A stretch of DNA of 64,000 nt from Octopus bimaculoides (Eukaryota): NCBI RefSeq assembly GCF_001194135.2, contig NC_068996.1:44619608-44683607 (forward strand), written 5' to 3'. This document shows, piece after piece, positions 13,644-28,094 of the stretch. The notes below the pieces were generated by a model, which was given only the letters and a program-made list of their open reading frames with translations, did no database searches and was not told the origin of the DNA. Numbering within the stretch: the first letter of the stretch is position 1; each line of letters starts with the position of its first letter. The position numbers and the translations under genes are program-made.

Positions 13644-13681
<38 letters not shown>

Positions 13682-13942
13682 TTTTACTTCTTTAGACCAG
13701 CAGGCTTATTGAGAATTAATTAATAACTATAGAAGCAGTATTAATATCAAAAGTTAATCTTTATATCCAACTTAACATAGATGCCTTGGTAGAAAACCAA
13801 ATGCTACGTTATTAGTCTTGAGAGGTCCTCTCATATAGGCATTTGGTGCATAAAAGTACACACAAAATCGTAGCCGGCGCAATTTGTATGTCATGGGCGC
13901 CGTGGTTGCCAAGCTAATTAAATTGTGTACTAAAGGCCATTG

Positions 13943-14671
13943 GGTAAATTTCTATATTAACAACCGCACGATTTTCACTAAGAAAAAAATAATAACTCGG
14001 ATTTTTTACGTGGAATCGAGTACCCTGACCTCCTAATATACTGCAATTCCCTTATTTTGGTTCGGAAAAGTGGGGGAGGGCGAAGGGGACCCCCATCCCG
14101 AAATCTTTGGAAATTTTTTTTTTCGTTGAATTTTTTTTCGTGTGACCTAATATGCTACAAAACCTTTTGGGGGGGGTCCGAAAAACGGGGTGGAGTGAAG
14201 TGGAAGCCTCGGAAATGTCACCCCCACTCCCATTGATCTTTCCACCCGCATGATTTTTGTTTGCGTGGAATTAAGTACCCTGACCTCCTAATATGCCGCA
14301 AATCCCTAATTTTGTTTCGGAAAAAAGAGGGTGGGAAACCGGACCTCCCCCCCATAACCCGGAATCATTGGAAATTTCTTTTGTTGAATGAATTCTAGTG
14401 ACCTCCTAATATGCTACACACCCANNNNNNNNNNTTTTTCGGACCCCAAAAAGGGTTCTGTAGCATATTAGGAGGTAACAGGAATTCATTCAACGACAAA
14501 AAATTTCCAATGATTCCAGGATGGGGTTCCCCATTCGCATCCCTCTTTTTTCCAAACCAAAATAAGGGAATTTCAGCATATTAGGAGGTCAGGGTATTTG
14601 ATTCCACGCAAAAATCCGAGTTTTTGTTTTTCTTAGTGAAAATCGTGCGACTGTTAATATAGAAATTTACC
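13943..14671. mobile_element. Foldback element with tandem internal subrepeats
   Basis: GGTAAATTTCTATATTAAC...GTTAATATAGAAATTTACC termini. The TGACCTCCTAATAT module repeats at about 14025, 14143, 14280 and 14399 and is inverted on the right. There is a small N gap at the centre. Confidence 0.8.
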
Positions 14672-14913
14672 GGCCGTTCTACGTCACGTAGTCTGTAAAT
14701 TTATATTCCACTCCCTGTATAATTTTTAAATTGTTTTAATCGGTCAAATATTAGAGAGATTAATATACTTGATTACTTCATCGGAGAAGTATGTAATACC
14801 AATGAATTCGAAACGTGCATAAGCTTATTAAAAGTGTATAATTATATATATNNNNNNNNNNNNNNNNNNNNNNNNNNNNNNNNNNNNNNNNNNNNNNNNN
14901 NNNNNNNNNNNNN

Positions 14914-14949
<36 letters not shown>

Positions 14950-15186
14950 TCCGATTTGGATAAATATATTACTTCTGTGAGAGATCTTTTATGAATTTTC
15001 TGCTTATATTTGCTGAAATTATTCTTTGACTCCAACAAAGAACAGTTCAACATCCACCTTTTGAACTTAAAATTAAAAGTTGTCTACCTGTATATCATAA
15101 CAGAGTCGTGCATTGGCAGGAATTATTTTCATGTTTAGTATAAAAATATTCTAAACTTTTATATACACTTACACACACGGGCGCGG

Positions 15187-15234
<48 letters not shown>

Positions 15235-16399
15235 ATATACAAATTTACATATATACACATCTATATACAAAGTTACTTATATATACACTCACTTATATAT
15301 AAACTTTTATATAAACTTACATACGCATACTTGTGCATATGTTTTTTTCGTNNNNNNNNNNNNNNNNNNNNNNNNNNNNNNNNNNNNNNNNNNNNNNNNN
15401 NNNNNNNNNNNNNNNNNNNNNNNNNNNNNNNNNNNNNNNNNNNNNNNNNNNNNNNNNNNNNNNNNNNNNNNNNNNNNNNNNNNNNNNNNNNNNNNNNNNN
15501 NNNNNNNNNNNNNNNNNNNNNNNNNNNNNNNNNNNNNNNNNNNNNNNNNNNNNNNNNNNNNNNNNNNNNNNNNNNNNNNNNNNNNNNNNNNNNNNNNNNN
15601 NNNNNNNNNNNNNNNNNNNNNNNNNNNNNNNNNNNNNNNNNNNNNNNNNNNNNNNNNNNNNNNNNNNNNNNNNNNNNNNNNNNNNNNNNNNNNNNNNNNN
15701 NNNNNNNNNNNNNNNNNNNNNNNNNNNNNNNNNNNNNNNNNNNNNNNNNNNNNNNNNNNNNNNNNNNNNNNNNNNNNNNNNNNNNNNNNNNNNNNNNNNN
15801 NNNNNNNNNNNNNNNNNNNNNNNNNNNNNNNNNNNNNNNNNNNNNNNNNNNNNNNNNNNNNNNNNNNNNNNNNNNNNNNNNNNNNNNNNNNNNNNNNNNN
15901 NNNNNNNNNNNNNNNNNNNNNNNNNNNNNNNNNNNNNNNNNNNNNNNNNNNNNNNNNNNNNNNNNNNNNNNNNNNNNNNNNNNNNNNNNNNNNNNNNNNN
16001 NNNNNNNNNNNNNNNNNNNNNNNNNNNNNNNNNNNNNNNNNNNNNNNNNNNNNNNNNNNNNNNNNNNNNNNNNNNNNNNNNNNNNNNNNNNNNNNNNNNN
16101 NNNNNNNNNNNNNNNNNNNNNNNNNNNNNNNNNNNNNNNNNNNNNNNNNNNNNNNNATAAAATTGGATAAACTGAATGATATTGAGGTTTAAATAAATTA
16201 ATGGGAATGATAAACCGTAAACGGTTTATATTTCTCATTAATTTCTTTAAAAAACAAGATGAAAAGTCGAAAAAGATATAACTCGAAACGACGTAAATTG
16301 AGGTATGCTTGTATATTTTAACATAAGACTCGTTTTTATTTTTGTAATTTATTATTCGTAATTTTCTATTATCTCTCTTTCAATACATTGCTAAATAAA

Positions 16400-16790
16400 T
16401 GATCCGAAGGTGACTTGTACCACGTAACGGTGCTCAATGCGTCGGCTCATCTCAAGAACTCTGTGTCTAGAGTGTGCAAAACCAGTCAACAATCAAATGC
16501 TTCAGGCATCTCTAACAGAAGTAACCATGAAGCCTGTAAAGAGTGTGTCTCACACGAATTAAAGCAGCGACGTCAGTATACACCCGCGATACACATCAAC
16601 TTTCACTTTGTGATGTCTTGTGACCAGGCACGATATTCAAGAGCTCCGATAGAATCACTTGTCTCCCGAAATATTAGAAATTGCGTCATTTTTGGGGTAT
16701 GAACAGCTGAGAGTGCAGCCTATGTAGACAAACTTGTCTACTACATTCAGTATTATTCCTCCTACTAAGATATATAGTTTCACGTGTTCC
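16400..16790 (-). mobile_element. RTE-like LINE RT C-terminal fragment, heavily decayed
   Basis: LNVVDKFVYIGCTLS and KVKVDVYRGCILTSLL resemble the RTE KFxYLGS and VYxAxVLxxLLY motifs. Confidence 0.7.
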
Positions 16791-16972
16791 TCATATTTGA
16801 AATAAAAAAAAGAATGGCCGATACACTGTACTGAAGAAGTATAATACATTGAACTCTATCAATCCACCCAGCTTCGCTTACTATTCCTAGGATTAGAGTC
16901 TTCAGGTTTCTCTTCCTTAGGGTCCTATCAGAAGCAACTGAGTCCATGGATATTATCCAACCAATATATATA

Positions 16973-17202
16973 ATTCTTTATTGCCCGCAATGGCCTAAAC
17001 ATAGAGGGGACAACAAGGGAAGACGAAGAGACTAAGCCGATTACATCGACTCCAGTGCATAACTGGTACTTATTTAATCGACCCCGAAAGGATGAAAGGC
17101 AAAGTCGACCGCGACGGAATTTGAACTCAGAACGTAGCCGCAGACGAAATACCGCTAAGTATTTCGCCTGGAGTGCTAACGATTCTGCCAGCTCGCCGCC
17201 TT
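16973..17202 (-). mobile_element. SINE family B, near full length
   Basis: Reverse complement of the 10030 copy. Head GGCGGCGAGCTGGCAGAATCG. Confidence 0.88.
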
Positions 17203-19351
17203 CAACTAATATATTGAACTGAGCGTAGTAAATGCCTAGATTGTGTTTCATAGATATCCTAAATGAAATTCGATTCGGAGAACATTTCAACGAAATATTG
17301 TAATAGATTTAGTTTGGCATTTTACCAGTTTTGCCATTCCACCCAGATAGAATTGATATTGCTCGGAAATTAATCATGCTGTATTTCCATGTTGTACGTA
17401 GGCGCTGAAAAAGCAGAAAACATTCGTTGTTTATATATATAACTTCAGATGAATCAAATAACCTTCATACGGTTATCAAAGGCATATATAATCGTTATCG
17501 CATGGTAGCAAATGTTACGAGGTAACGTTTGGGATTTTATTTTATTTTATTTAGTTAGTTTGTTGGTTGGTTATTGAATAATGAATCAATATATGGAATA
17601 TACCGCATACATTATTCTTTCTAAGTTATTTTGGTAAGACTGTAGTTAATTGTTTATTTACTATATCGATGCATATTAGTCTATTTTTATAATTTAAATA
17701 TATATATTGTTGGCTATTTGAACGTTGCTTGTTTGTTATTTGGGGCTAAGTTCAATATCGATTGTGGTTTTACTATGGGTACATAGAAATAATCGTCCGC
17801 TACTGTATGCATCATTATTCTATATACAATACCATGTCTTATCTAAATTCATTTTTATGACTTTACACTAATTTCATACTCAGATTCAGTACACCCCCCA
17901 AAGGATAAACATACATACACATATAGACAAGCACTTTACATATATACAGATTTACATATATACAGATTTATACAAGCACTTTACATATCTACAGATTAGT
18001 GAGTGTTTGACAAGTTAGATGTATAGCAGAATGATTCCGTTCCAAAGCGATAACGATTATCATTTTGAGATGGAGCCTTTTCGACCATTTATTCTGAAAA
18101 TGATAAACACTAGTCCCCCACTAAAAAAAAAAAAAAAATATTCATGACTTTTCTCTTTCCTCTTCCTCTCTTTACTAAAGGTAAAATATGATAGACTTCG
18201 TGTCCATACAATTATTTCCCTCCACACCGCTGGACAACATTAAAAATTTCTGAATCGGTTGAATTCTTTATTAAATATCGTAACTTGTTCATTGTAACTT
18301 TGGTGAACAACAATAGTTGCTCACCAAAGAAAGTACAGGAGGCACAGTGGGCGGAGGAGGGTAGCGACCCTCGGTGTCCGCCGACGTTACCTCCTGAAGA
18401 ATTGAAAAAGAAAAGAAGACAAAAAAAAAGAGGAGAAGAATGTCAGCGGATGTTCCTGGGCCGCCGACAGAAGCACCGGTGGAATGTGTACCACCGGTGG
18501 ATGAGGCTCCGTCAGAGGGAAGTGTGCCACTGACGGAGCAGTCTGAGGTCCCTTCACGTGAAGAGAAGTGGGAGTGTCTCATCCTCTTCCAGGAGAGGGT
18601 GGGTGGACCATAGTCCGATTTTTGGACGATCTGTGCGGCCGGGACCGTGTATACTCGGCTTGCACAGACAGCCCAATGTGGCCTCCGCAGATGACTGCGG
18701 AGGTCATAACAACGAAAATCTTGTTAAAGGTCGTGACGACCTTTGACCAAGTGGAATACGTCTCTCTCTCCATAGACCCCGCTTGTCAATGCGGAGTTGT
18801 CTGCTGGCGGCAGGTCAATTGTTGTGGGGCAGTGAAGATGAAGATGAAGATTAATTGTGTAATGTGTAATTAATGTAAAATTGATACTTATATCAATGAA
18901 AGAAAAATGATTTAGAGGGGCTATCCGTCGGCGGGCGCCGGTGCCCCTCCCATTTTTCATTTTTTCATCCTTCCATTATCATTCACATTAATGTCTATGT
19001 CCAGCCCGCGCTACCACCTTTCTGTGTTAGGCTTGTTTAGTCAATTTTGATGAAATAATGTAGCTCGCTTCCCGCTCATGCGCGTTGATGTTGCTTCATA
19101 CAGAGAACCAGGGTGGACATGAATGTGTTGGCTCTTTGTTTGTTTGAGCTGGGTGAAGTTTATACACGCTATTATCAAGGGTTCTGATAAAATTCTTTGA
19201 AGTATCTTGTTACGAATTTTACATTCTTTCAGGAACCGATAAAAAGAATTACCACTCGAATACTGAAATTGATATCATTAATTAACTCACACATTCTTCA
19301 TATTTTGGGCCTTCTGCCTCTGACAGACATCATTAATGGTTTCAAATTTTA

Positions 19352-19550
19352 TCACAAGGTCAGGATTTCGGGTGAGGGCTTAAGTCGATTACGTCGACCC
19401 CAGTGATCAACTGATAATTATTTTATGAACCCCGAGAGAATAAATGGTAAAGTCGACCACGGCAGAATTTGAACTCAGGACGTAAAGACGGCTGAAATAC
19501 CACTAAGCATTTCACCCTTCGTGGTAACGATTCTGTCAGCTTGCCACCTT
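19352..19550 (-). mobile_element. SINE family B, diverged
   Basis: AAAGTCGACC..GGCAGAATTTGAACTCAG and head similarity. Confidence 0.8.
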
Positions 19551-20236
19551 ATATTACAGAAAGAATTACTACAAGAGTAGCACTGCAATAGAATCGCTAG
19601 AACATCAAACAAAATATCTTATGCTGTTTTTTTTCGGCTCTCTATGCTTTCAGTTGAGATTCCAAGAATATCACCTACGCTTTACATTCATGTTAGGTTC
19701 ACACTAGTACCAGTTAAGCACTGAGGTCAACTTTATCGACTAACCTCCATAAAAAGATTTCTACAGTTGAACCGGTGTTGAAAAGTTTATAATTATCAGT
19801 AATACCATTTACATCGCATATAAGTTTAAATGTTTTTAAGTTTAAATCTCTAAAAATCCATTTTCAAGTCACTTTAAATATGATTCTCAATATGCAAGAT
19901 TGGTTCGCAAGTGTATTCTGCGAAATACATTGGTGTTCTGTTATTTTTTTTATATGATTTCTTTCAAAACTATTTTTGTTGCATTTTATTTCTTTATAAG
20001 GTTTTCTCCTCTCATATAAATTGTTAGGTACAACAGTTCAAAAGTGAAAATGTAAAAGAAAAATTTAGATTTCAACTATTTCGAGTAACAACAAATAGCG
20101 AAAACTTTATAAAAATCTGCGTACGTCTATAGTTCTGCGTGCCTGTGTATGCGTGAATATACGCATATCTATGGATATAAGTCATATAAATACACACACA
20201 TGTACATACTTACATATATATGTGCGTGTGTGTATG

Positions 20237-20269
<33 letters not shown>

Positions 20270-20322
20270 ATATTGTTGACACATAAGTATGCTCACATAT
20301 ATACGTATATATATACCTATAC

Positions 20323-20356
<34 letters not shown>

Positions 20357-20769
20357 TATGAAACAGATACATACATTAGGTGAACAAGTTTGATTACATA
20401 ACTATATATGAATGTTAGGTTATGTGTGTGTGTTTTTTTGTGTTTTTTACTCTTGCACTTGCGTAGAAAAATAAAGTGGAATTGGTGGGAACGGTTGGAG
20501 AAAAAATATATACATATAATTGTGGCATAAAATACAAGAAATCAATGAAGCTTTTAAAGTTAAGGTTGTGTTTTATAGACCATACATATACATATATACA
20601 TACATACATACATACATATATACATACATGCATACATATATGTAGATACATATAAGTGTGTGTGTATGTTCATATACATTATAATCATACAAACATCATA
20701 TGTGTATGTGTACGTGCGGATTATTTATACGAATCAGTGATATAGATGCTATGTATGTATACATCCGTC

Positions 20770-20868
<99 letters not shown>

Positions 20869-21062
20869 CATCTGATGTATGAATGTGTAAATAAGTGCGT
20901 ATGTGTAATAGCGCATATGTCTATGTGTGTCTAAATACACAAACATTTTTGTGCGTATAAATGCGTGTGATATATATGTATATATATATATATGTGTGCA
21001 GATATAAGTGCATGCGTGTAAGTGCTGTGTGTGTATTTGTCTCTTGGCGTGAGTCTGGGTTT

Positions 21063-21102
<40 letters not shown>

Positions 21103-21454
21103 AACGAGAGCCTGTATATGGTCTGAAGTTATATAAGAATAAAAACAGATGTGTTTCGTTACGCGAGGTGACAGTAAAAAATTAACAAACTTGGAAACTA
21201 GAGACAAAATTTAAATTCCCTTTACTTCAACGTTTGTGCTAAATATTATATGCATACACACACACACATATATATATATACATACATACCCACATACACA
21301 CACATACNNNNNNNNNNNNNNNNNNNNNNNNNNNNNNNNNNNNNNNNNNNNNNNNNNNNNNNNNNNNNNNNNNNNNNNNNNNNNNNNNNNNNNNNNNNNN
21401 NNNNNNNCACACACACACACACACACACACGCACACACACACACACACAAACAT

Positions 21455-22465
21455 ATGTATGTACATCGTTCAAACAGGACGCCGCTTGGCTGACAGGTTC
21501 GCAGAGCCCTTCCGTGACATTAGACTTGGCAATAACACCCAGGTTTCGTGCCTTTTTCGTTCTACCGATCATTCATTAAAACACCTGTCTGTGTTCGGGC
21601 TGTCTTTGCACAGAAGCTATCCGGACTCCCGCCTTCACCGTGAACAGAAATTACTCTTCTCTCTTCGCTCTTTTGCACCACATGGGAGACCCTCTCCTCT
21701 TCATCTGACTTTCCTTCTTCCCTCCCTTCATCTGATACCTACTTGCTCTCTTCACACCTACCCACCTTCTCTCTTCATTGATACCCCCGCCATCCACACC
21801 CCATCCCACACATCTCACCACCACATACCCCACTACAACCCTTACCCACACCCACATCCTCAACTACATAACCTAATCCCAAATCCACACTCTACCCTCA
21901 CGTCCTCACATCCCACACCTTCACAACAGACCACACACTACCACACCATCACACCACATCACACTAACCCACACCATTCCACACACACTAACATTGACCA
22001 ATTCCCAGCACCCACACCACACACCATCATCTGCACACCCACACATCATCATCCGCACACTCACACACCATCATCCACACATCCACACATTGCAGACACA
22101 CACACACACTCAGCCATCCACAAGTCAAAGTTACTAGCCCCTATCGACACGCAAACACGTACACAATTTCAGATACACACGCACGCACACCTTTGTTTTA
22201 GGATCACCAGTACTTTATTATCTCCCCTTTTTTCTAGCTCTCCTGTCCAACTATCTTTTTCCAACCAGTCGCCATGACTAACCGCTAAATCCACAAGTTT
22301 TTATTATTATTATTCTCTCTCTGTTTGTTTCATCGTGTTCTTTGCTGCTGAAGAGCATAAGCTCGGAACGTAAAAGACTTTCTCACCTTCCCGAGCGTCA
22401 AACTAATACACCTGTTTGTTGTTTATAGACCTGTCTGCCTCTTTTGGTTTTTTGTAAATGTCAAC
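21455..22465 (+). mobile_element. Penelope-like element 3' end: GIY-YIG C-half, low-complexity 3' region and pLTR-like tail
   Basis: YIVQTGRRLADRFAEP..DIRLGNNTQVS..FRSTDHS..HLSVFGL...REQKLLFSL is a decayed PLE YIGQT/R/E endonuclease. The tail has a hammerhead-like motif at 22340-22376. Confidence 0.85.
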
Positions 22466-22473
22466 TATATATG

Positions 22474-22509
<36 letters not shown>

Positions 22510-23294
22510 NNNNNNNNNNNNNNNNNNNNNNNNNNNNNNNNNNNNNNNNNNNNNNNNNNNNNNNNNNNNNNNNNNNNNNNNNNNNNNNNNNNNNNNNNNN
22601 NNNNNNNNNNNNNNNNNNNNNNNNNNNNNNNNNNNNNNNNNNNNNNNNNNNNNNNNNNNNNNNNNNNNNNNNNNNNNNNNNNNNNNNNNNNNNNNNNNNN
22701 NNNNNNNNNNNNNNNNNNNNNNNNNNNNNNNNNNNNNNNNNNNNNNNNNNNNNNNNNNNNNNNNNNNNNNNNNNNNNNNNNNNNNNNNNNNNNNNNNNNN
22801 NNNNNNNNNNNNNNNNNNNNNNNNNNNNNNNNNNNNNNNNNNNNNNNNNNNNNNNNNNNNNNNNNNNNNNNNNNNNNNNNNNNNNNNNNNNNNNNNNNNN
22901 NNNNNNNNNNNNNNNNNNNNNNNNNNNNNNNNNNNNNNNNNNNNNNNNNNNNNNNNNNNNNNNNNNNNNNNNNNNNNNNNNNNNNNNNNNNNNNNNNNNN
23001 NNNNNNNNNNNNNNNNNNNNNNNNNNNNNNNNNNNNNNNNNNNNNNNNNNNNNNNNNNNNNNNNNNNNNNNNNNNNNNNNNNNNNNNNNNNNNNNNNNNN
23101 NNNNNNNNNNNNNNNNNNNNNNNNNNNNNNNNNNNNNNNNNNNNNNNNNNNNNNNNNNNNNNNNNNNNNNNNNNNNNNNNNNNNNNNNNNNNNNNNNNNN
23201 NNNNNNNNNNNNNNNNNNNNNNNNNNNNNNNNNNNNNNNNNNNNNNNNNNNNNNNNNNNNNNNNNNNNNNNNNNNNNNNNNNNNNNNNNNNNNN

Positions 23295-23372
<78 letters not shown>

Positions 23373-24332
23373 AAAATTTATACACTTGCATACATATACC
23401 AAGAATTGTAAAACAAATAAATTCGTTGGTGATTCAAAAATGTCGTTCTCGCAACGGTTGTTTCCATAACACAAACGAAAACATTATCAACCGAGTAATG
23501 ATAATTACGTAATTATTGTTTTTGGTTATTAAATTACTATATTTTCATGTAATTGAACGTGATATTTTCAGGAATACCTTTTATACATATGTATGTATAA
23601 ACACACACACACACATATATGTATTTATGTATATGTGTGTGTCTGTGTCTGTGTTTGTTTCTGTGTGTATATGTATGTATACATATATATGATTATATAT
23701 GTTTGTATGCATGTATGTATGTATTTATGTGTGTACCAATTTTCCTACCACCCCCTACTCTCTCTCTGTATATATATATATATATGTGAGTGTGTGTTTG
23801 TATGTGCGTGTGTGGGTTTATACACATACGTATGCATGTAAATAGACAGATAAATTCACATTTATATATATGTATATATACATATATATATATACATATA
23901 TATATATCATATTTATATATATTACATATTTTATATTTCATATATATTATATATTTCATATTATATATATATATCATATATCGTACATCATATCACACAC
24001 GCACATACACACACGCGCACAGAAACACAAAATCACACACACATACATATACATATATATACAGATGCTTATAGACAGAAGTAAATTGCTTGATTGAATG
24101 AATGAGTCTGTGAGCAAATGATTGTGAGCGTATGAACTAAAGTGAGATTAGATTACACATTTTAAAACACAACACTGCCGGATAACACATATGGTTAAAT
24201 TATCAGAAAGGAAACATAAAATGTTTATACATCATTTCAATAATTTTTAATAATTTAATATTGTATATCTGCATGTATTTATAGATGTACAAATAATCAT
24301 AGGCTTGTTTGTATGTTTCTATCTAAATGTGC

Positions 24333-24443
<111 letters not shown>

Positions 24444-24556
24444 TGTGAGCGTGTATGTAAATATCTTTGTGTGTTTGTGTATATGAATGCACGAATGCGT
24501 TTGTTTTTAACTAGGTAAATCTTTATCTCTTCATTCTATATATATGTGTGTGAGTG

Positions 24557-24589
<33 letters not shown>

Positions 24590-25323
24590 TTCAGCTTAGA
24601 GCTGCGGCCATGCTGATGCACCGATATATAGATATATATATATGCATATGTGTGCGTGCGCGTGTGTGCGTATGTGTGTGCGTGTGTGAAAGTGTGTTTA
24701 TGTGTATACTTGTGTGTGCCTATGTGTGCCTGTGAGTGTATATGTGCCTGTGCGTGCGTGTGTCTATGCATGTATGTCTGTATGTATTCATGTATGCATG
24801 TATGAAATATCTGAAGGAGACATATTAAAAGATTGATTGATATATTAAAAATGGAGTCATTGAGATGGACAGGAGTACAGTCATGATAGAAATAAAACGA
24901 ACTCTAAATTCTATGATTCAATTTCATTCTTTGATGTTTAATACCATTACAGTGGTTGGCACAGTTTTAATCAGATTCTCAACAACGTGTATTTTTTTTC
25001 TGTCCAATGGAGAAGAATTTATACTTCTTTTTTTTTTCTAACCTTTTTCATATTTGATAAAATATTTTCCCTTAATATAATAATTTGCTATAGAGGAAAT
25101 ATCTAAAATTAATTGCTATAAATATATATTTGTGAATGGATGTGTCTGTTCGTGTACGTGTTGCGCACATGTGCGTCACACGTGCACACACCATGATGTC
25201 TATACGTATGTATGTAAATATGTATGCATGTATGTATGTGTATATATATACATACATATATCCATACATACGTGTAGACACACACACATACACATATATA
25301 TACATACATACATACATATGTAT

Positions 25324-25405
<82 letters not shown>

Positions 25406-27248
25406 TATATATATATATACACACACAGAATTCCATCCACAGACACGCATATGAACACACATACACACCTATTTGTATTTATGACTTCATATACGTATAT
25501 ATGGATTCATTTGTCAATGTGGTATTCTACACTCAAAGTTGGGAGGAATGTACACATCCCTACATACATTCTTATATAGATATACTTAGATAGACCTATA
25601 CATTGATAGTTACATATGTATATCTATATATGTGTGTGTGTGTGTATGTGTTTGTAGCTGTTCCCTGTTTAACCCCAGGCAGATTTTCCGCCAGCCAGTT
25701 ATCGGTGCGACGCTGCACCCATTAGATACAATATATATTGCTACCACCCTCTAGCAGAAATATCCTGTTGTCTTCAAGAGGGTAGTATGATTTGCCTCGT
25801 GTTAAACTAGAAGTAACATGGAGCAGCCACTTTGATGTGGCGACTGACTTTACTTGTTAGTATAGTTAGTACTCTGATCTCTTCTTGAGATTTTACAACT
25901 AGCTATTTAGCTTTTGGCAAATTAGTGACCTTTGTTTACTTTGATTACAGTATATTGATGGAGTGGACCATGGCAATCGTTCTGGGGGAACACCCGTCTC
26001 CCAGAACGATTGTGAATCGCATTAGGTAATTAACGTGTTCTGCAATGCACGTAAATGCTTTCCTATAGATCTGTAACTTTCAAGTTACCAAAAGGCGTTA
26101 CTGCTCTACAAAATATATCTTGCCGTTCATTCTAGTGAGAGTATTCCTGGTTGGTTTGAAGCAATTAATTACATTATTGTTCTGTTTTCGATTCCAGCAA
26201 TAGTAAAGATATGTGTAGCAGCATAGTAGACTTTTTAATACATCTTTTCTCAACAATTTTCAAGATTATATGGACCATATTAGTGCGGAATGGATTAGTT
26301 CCATTTTAGTTTGAAAGTTTTGTATTATGGGACACTGTACTCAATAATGTGGTGTCAGGTAGGTTGAGTGAAGTTAGTAACTCATTCCAAAATCTATCTC
26401 GCCGCATCTAGAGCTGGCTGCTAACCAAAGGTGACCAAAAACCGAAATTACATTCCTCCTGACCTAGTGAGTGCGAGCAAATAAAACGTAGTTATGAACT
26501 GCTGCAAGAAACGTGTCTGTATACTGCAATATTTCTACTTAAAGCATTTAAAAGACAATATATATCATGATGATATTTATCCTTTAGTCATTACTATTAT
26601 AGTGAAATTTATTGCAGCTATGACCGTATATCCGATCTTTGTATTTGTTATCACACATCTATTTTAAGGGTACATTATGTAACATAGGCTTTCTCTTTTC
26701 AAGCAATGAGATCAAATTTAAAGAGGTGGCTGTTGTTTTTCGAAGGTGAAGCATCCTTGTTGAAATGCCTAGTTTCTTCGTTGCTTTCTAAACAAAGTAT
26801 AAAACGTGATGACAACAAAAGCAGGGGAGCAGCATAACTAAAACTGTGCAATATGCAAATATAAAACTAGATCTGAAGCCTCGTTTGAGATAAGCGAGCA
26901 TAGCTCATATGAAAGAAACCGTGTTATTTGTTTTGGATCACGTCACCATACACACATTCTAATATGCAAATTGGAAGAGAGCTTATCTTCAAATCTCTCA
27001 CACCAATAAATGTCATCTTTTCATCTTTCTCCTTCTCATATTTATGCTTGACATTTTTCTTTCCTTTTTTTAATTTTTTAATTGCTGCATAATTTTTATT
27101 CCTCTACCGCGTAAGTTTCAATACTTTCGCTTTTTCCCGTCACCAACGAACAAGCCATTTTAAAGAAAGAAGACCGCTTACGAATATTCATAACTACTAC
27201 GTCACCTTTGATGCGAAAAACCACCGTATCTGGCTATAACTACCAATT

Positions 27249-27327
<79 letters not shown>

Positions 27328-27577
27328 GCGACACATCACATGTTTGTGTAAGAAGCATGAATTTTTAATATTAGGCTGGTGATGTATAATTATGTACATT
27401 ACACTTTTATCGTATTCAAGATCCAATCTCTACTAATCACTATTCACAGTCTTTCTCTCGTTGCTTGATGGCTTCTACTCACAAGTGTTGCCTTATCAAA
27501 GATTTGAGGGAAATTTATGGCATCAGTCTCTTCGACCTTGAAGGGCCTGCGAAGGTCATGGACACTGACCAAAAAAC

Positions 27578-27631
<54 letters not shown>

Positions 27632-27769
27632 GGAAAGAGTGAGAGGGAGATAGAGAGAGTGAGAGAGAGATAGAAAGAGAGACCGATACTGACAGAAAAA
27701 CTGAAGGACACAATGATATACCTATAAGCATACGTACATCAATATATAGATCTGTGTGTACTGTGTGTT

Positions 27770-27849
<80 letters not shown>

Positions 27850-28094
27850 CGTGCGTGTGAGTGTAGGAGTAACTGTTTTCATATGTGAAAATGCAGTATA
27901 GTTCAATGGTTAAAATTTCACTTTGCAACCACTAAATCTTGCGTTCGTTCCCATTGCGCTTCATCTTGGGCTAATGTCCATACCTATAGCCTTGTGTCGA
28001 CCCATACCTCTTGAGTGAATGGGTACATAAGATCGGTATGAAAGCTCACTGGCTAGTTTGTATTCGTAGTATGTAAGTACGTACACGTATATAA

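Noticed and set aside
21700-22277. His/Pro/Thr-rich tail of the 272-aa ORF as a novel protein domain
   Set aside because: It is read-through of a CA-rich low-complexity Penelope 3' region after loss of the GIY-YIG stop.
27445-27575. Short segment open on both strands (…LIKDLREIYGISLFDLEGPAK)
   Set aside because: No convincing splice pair or recognisable homology; unresolved.
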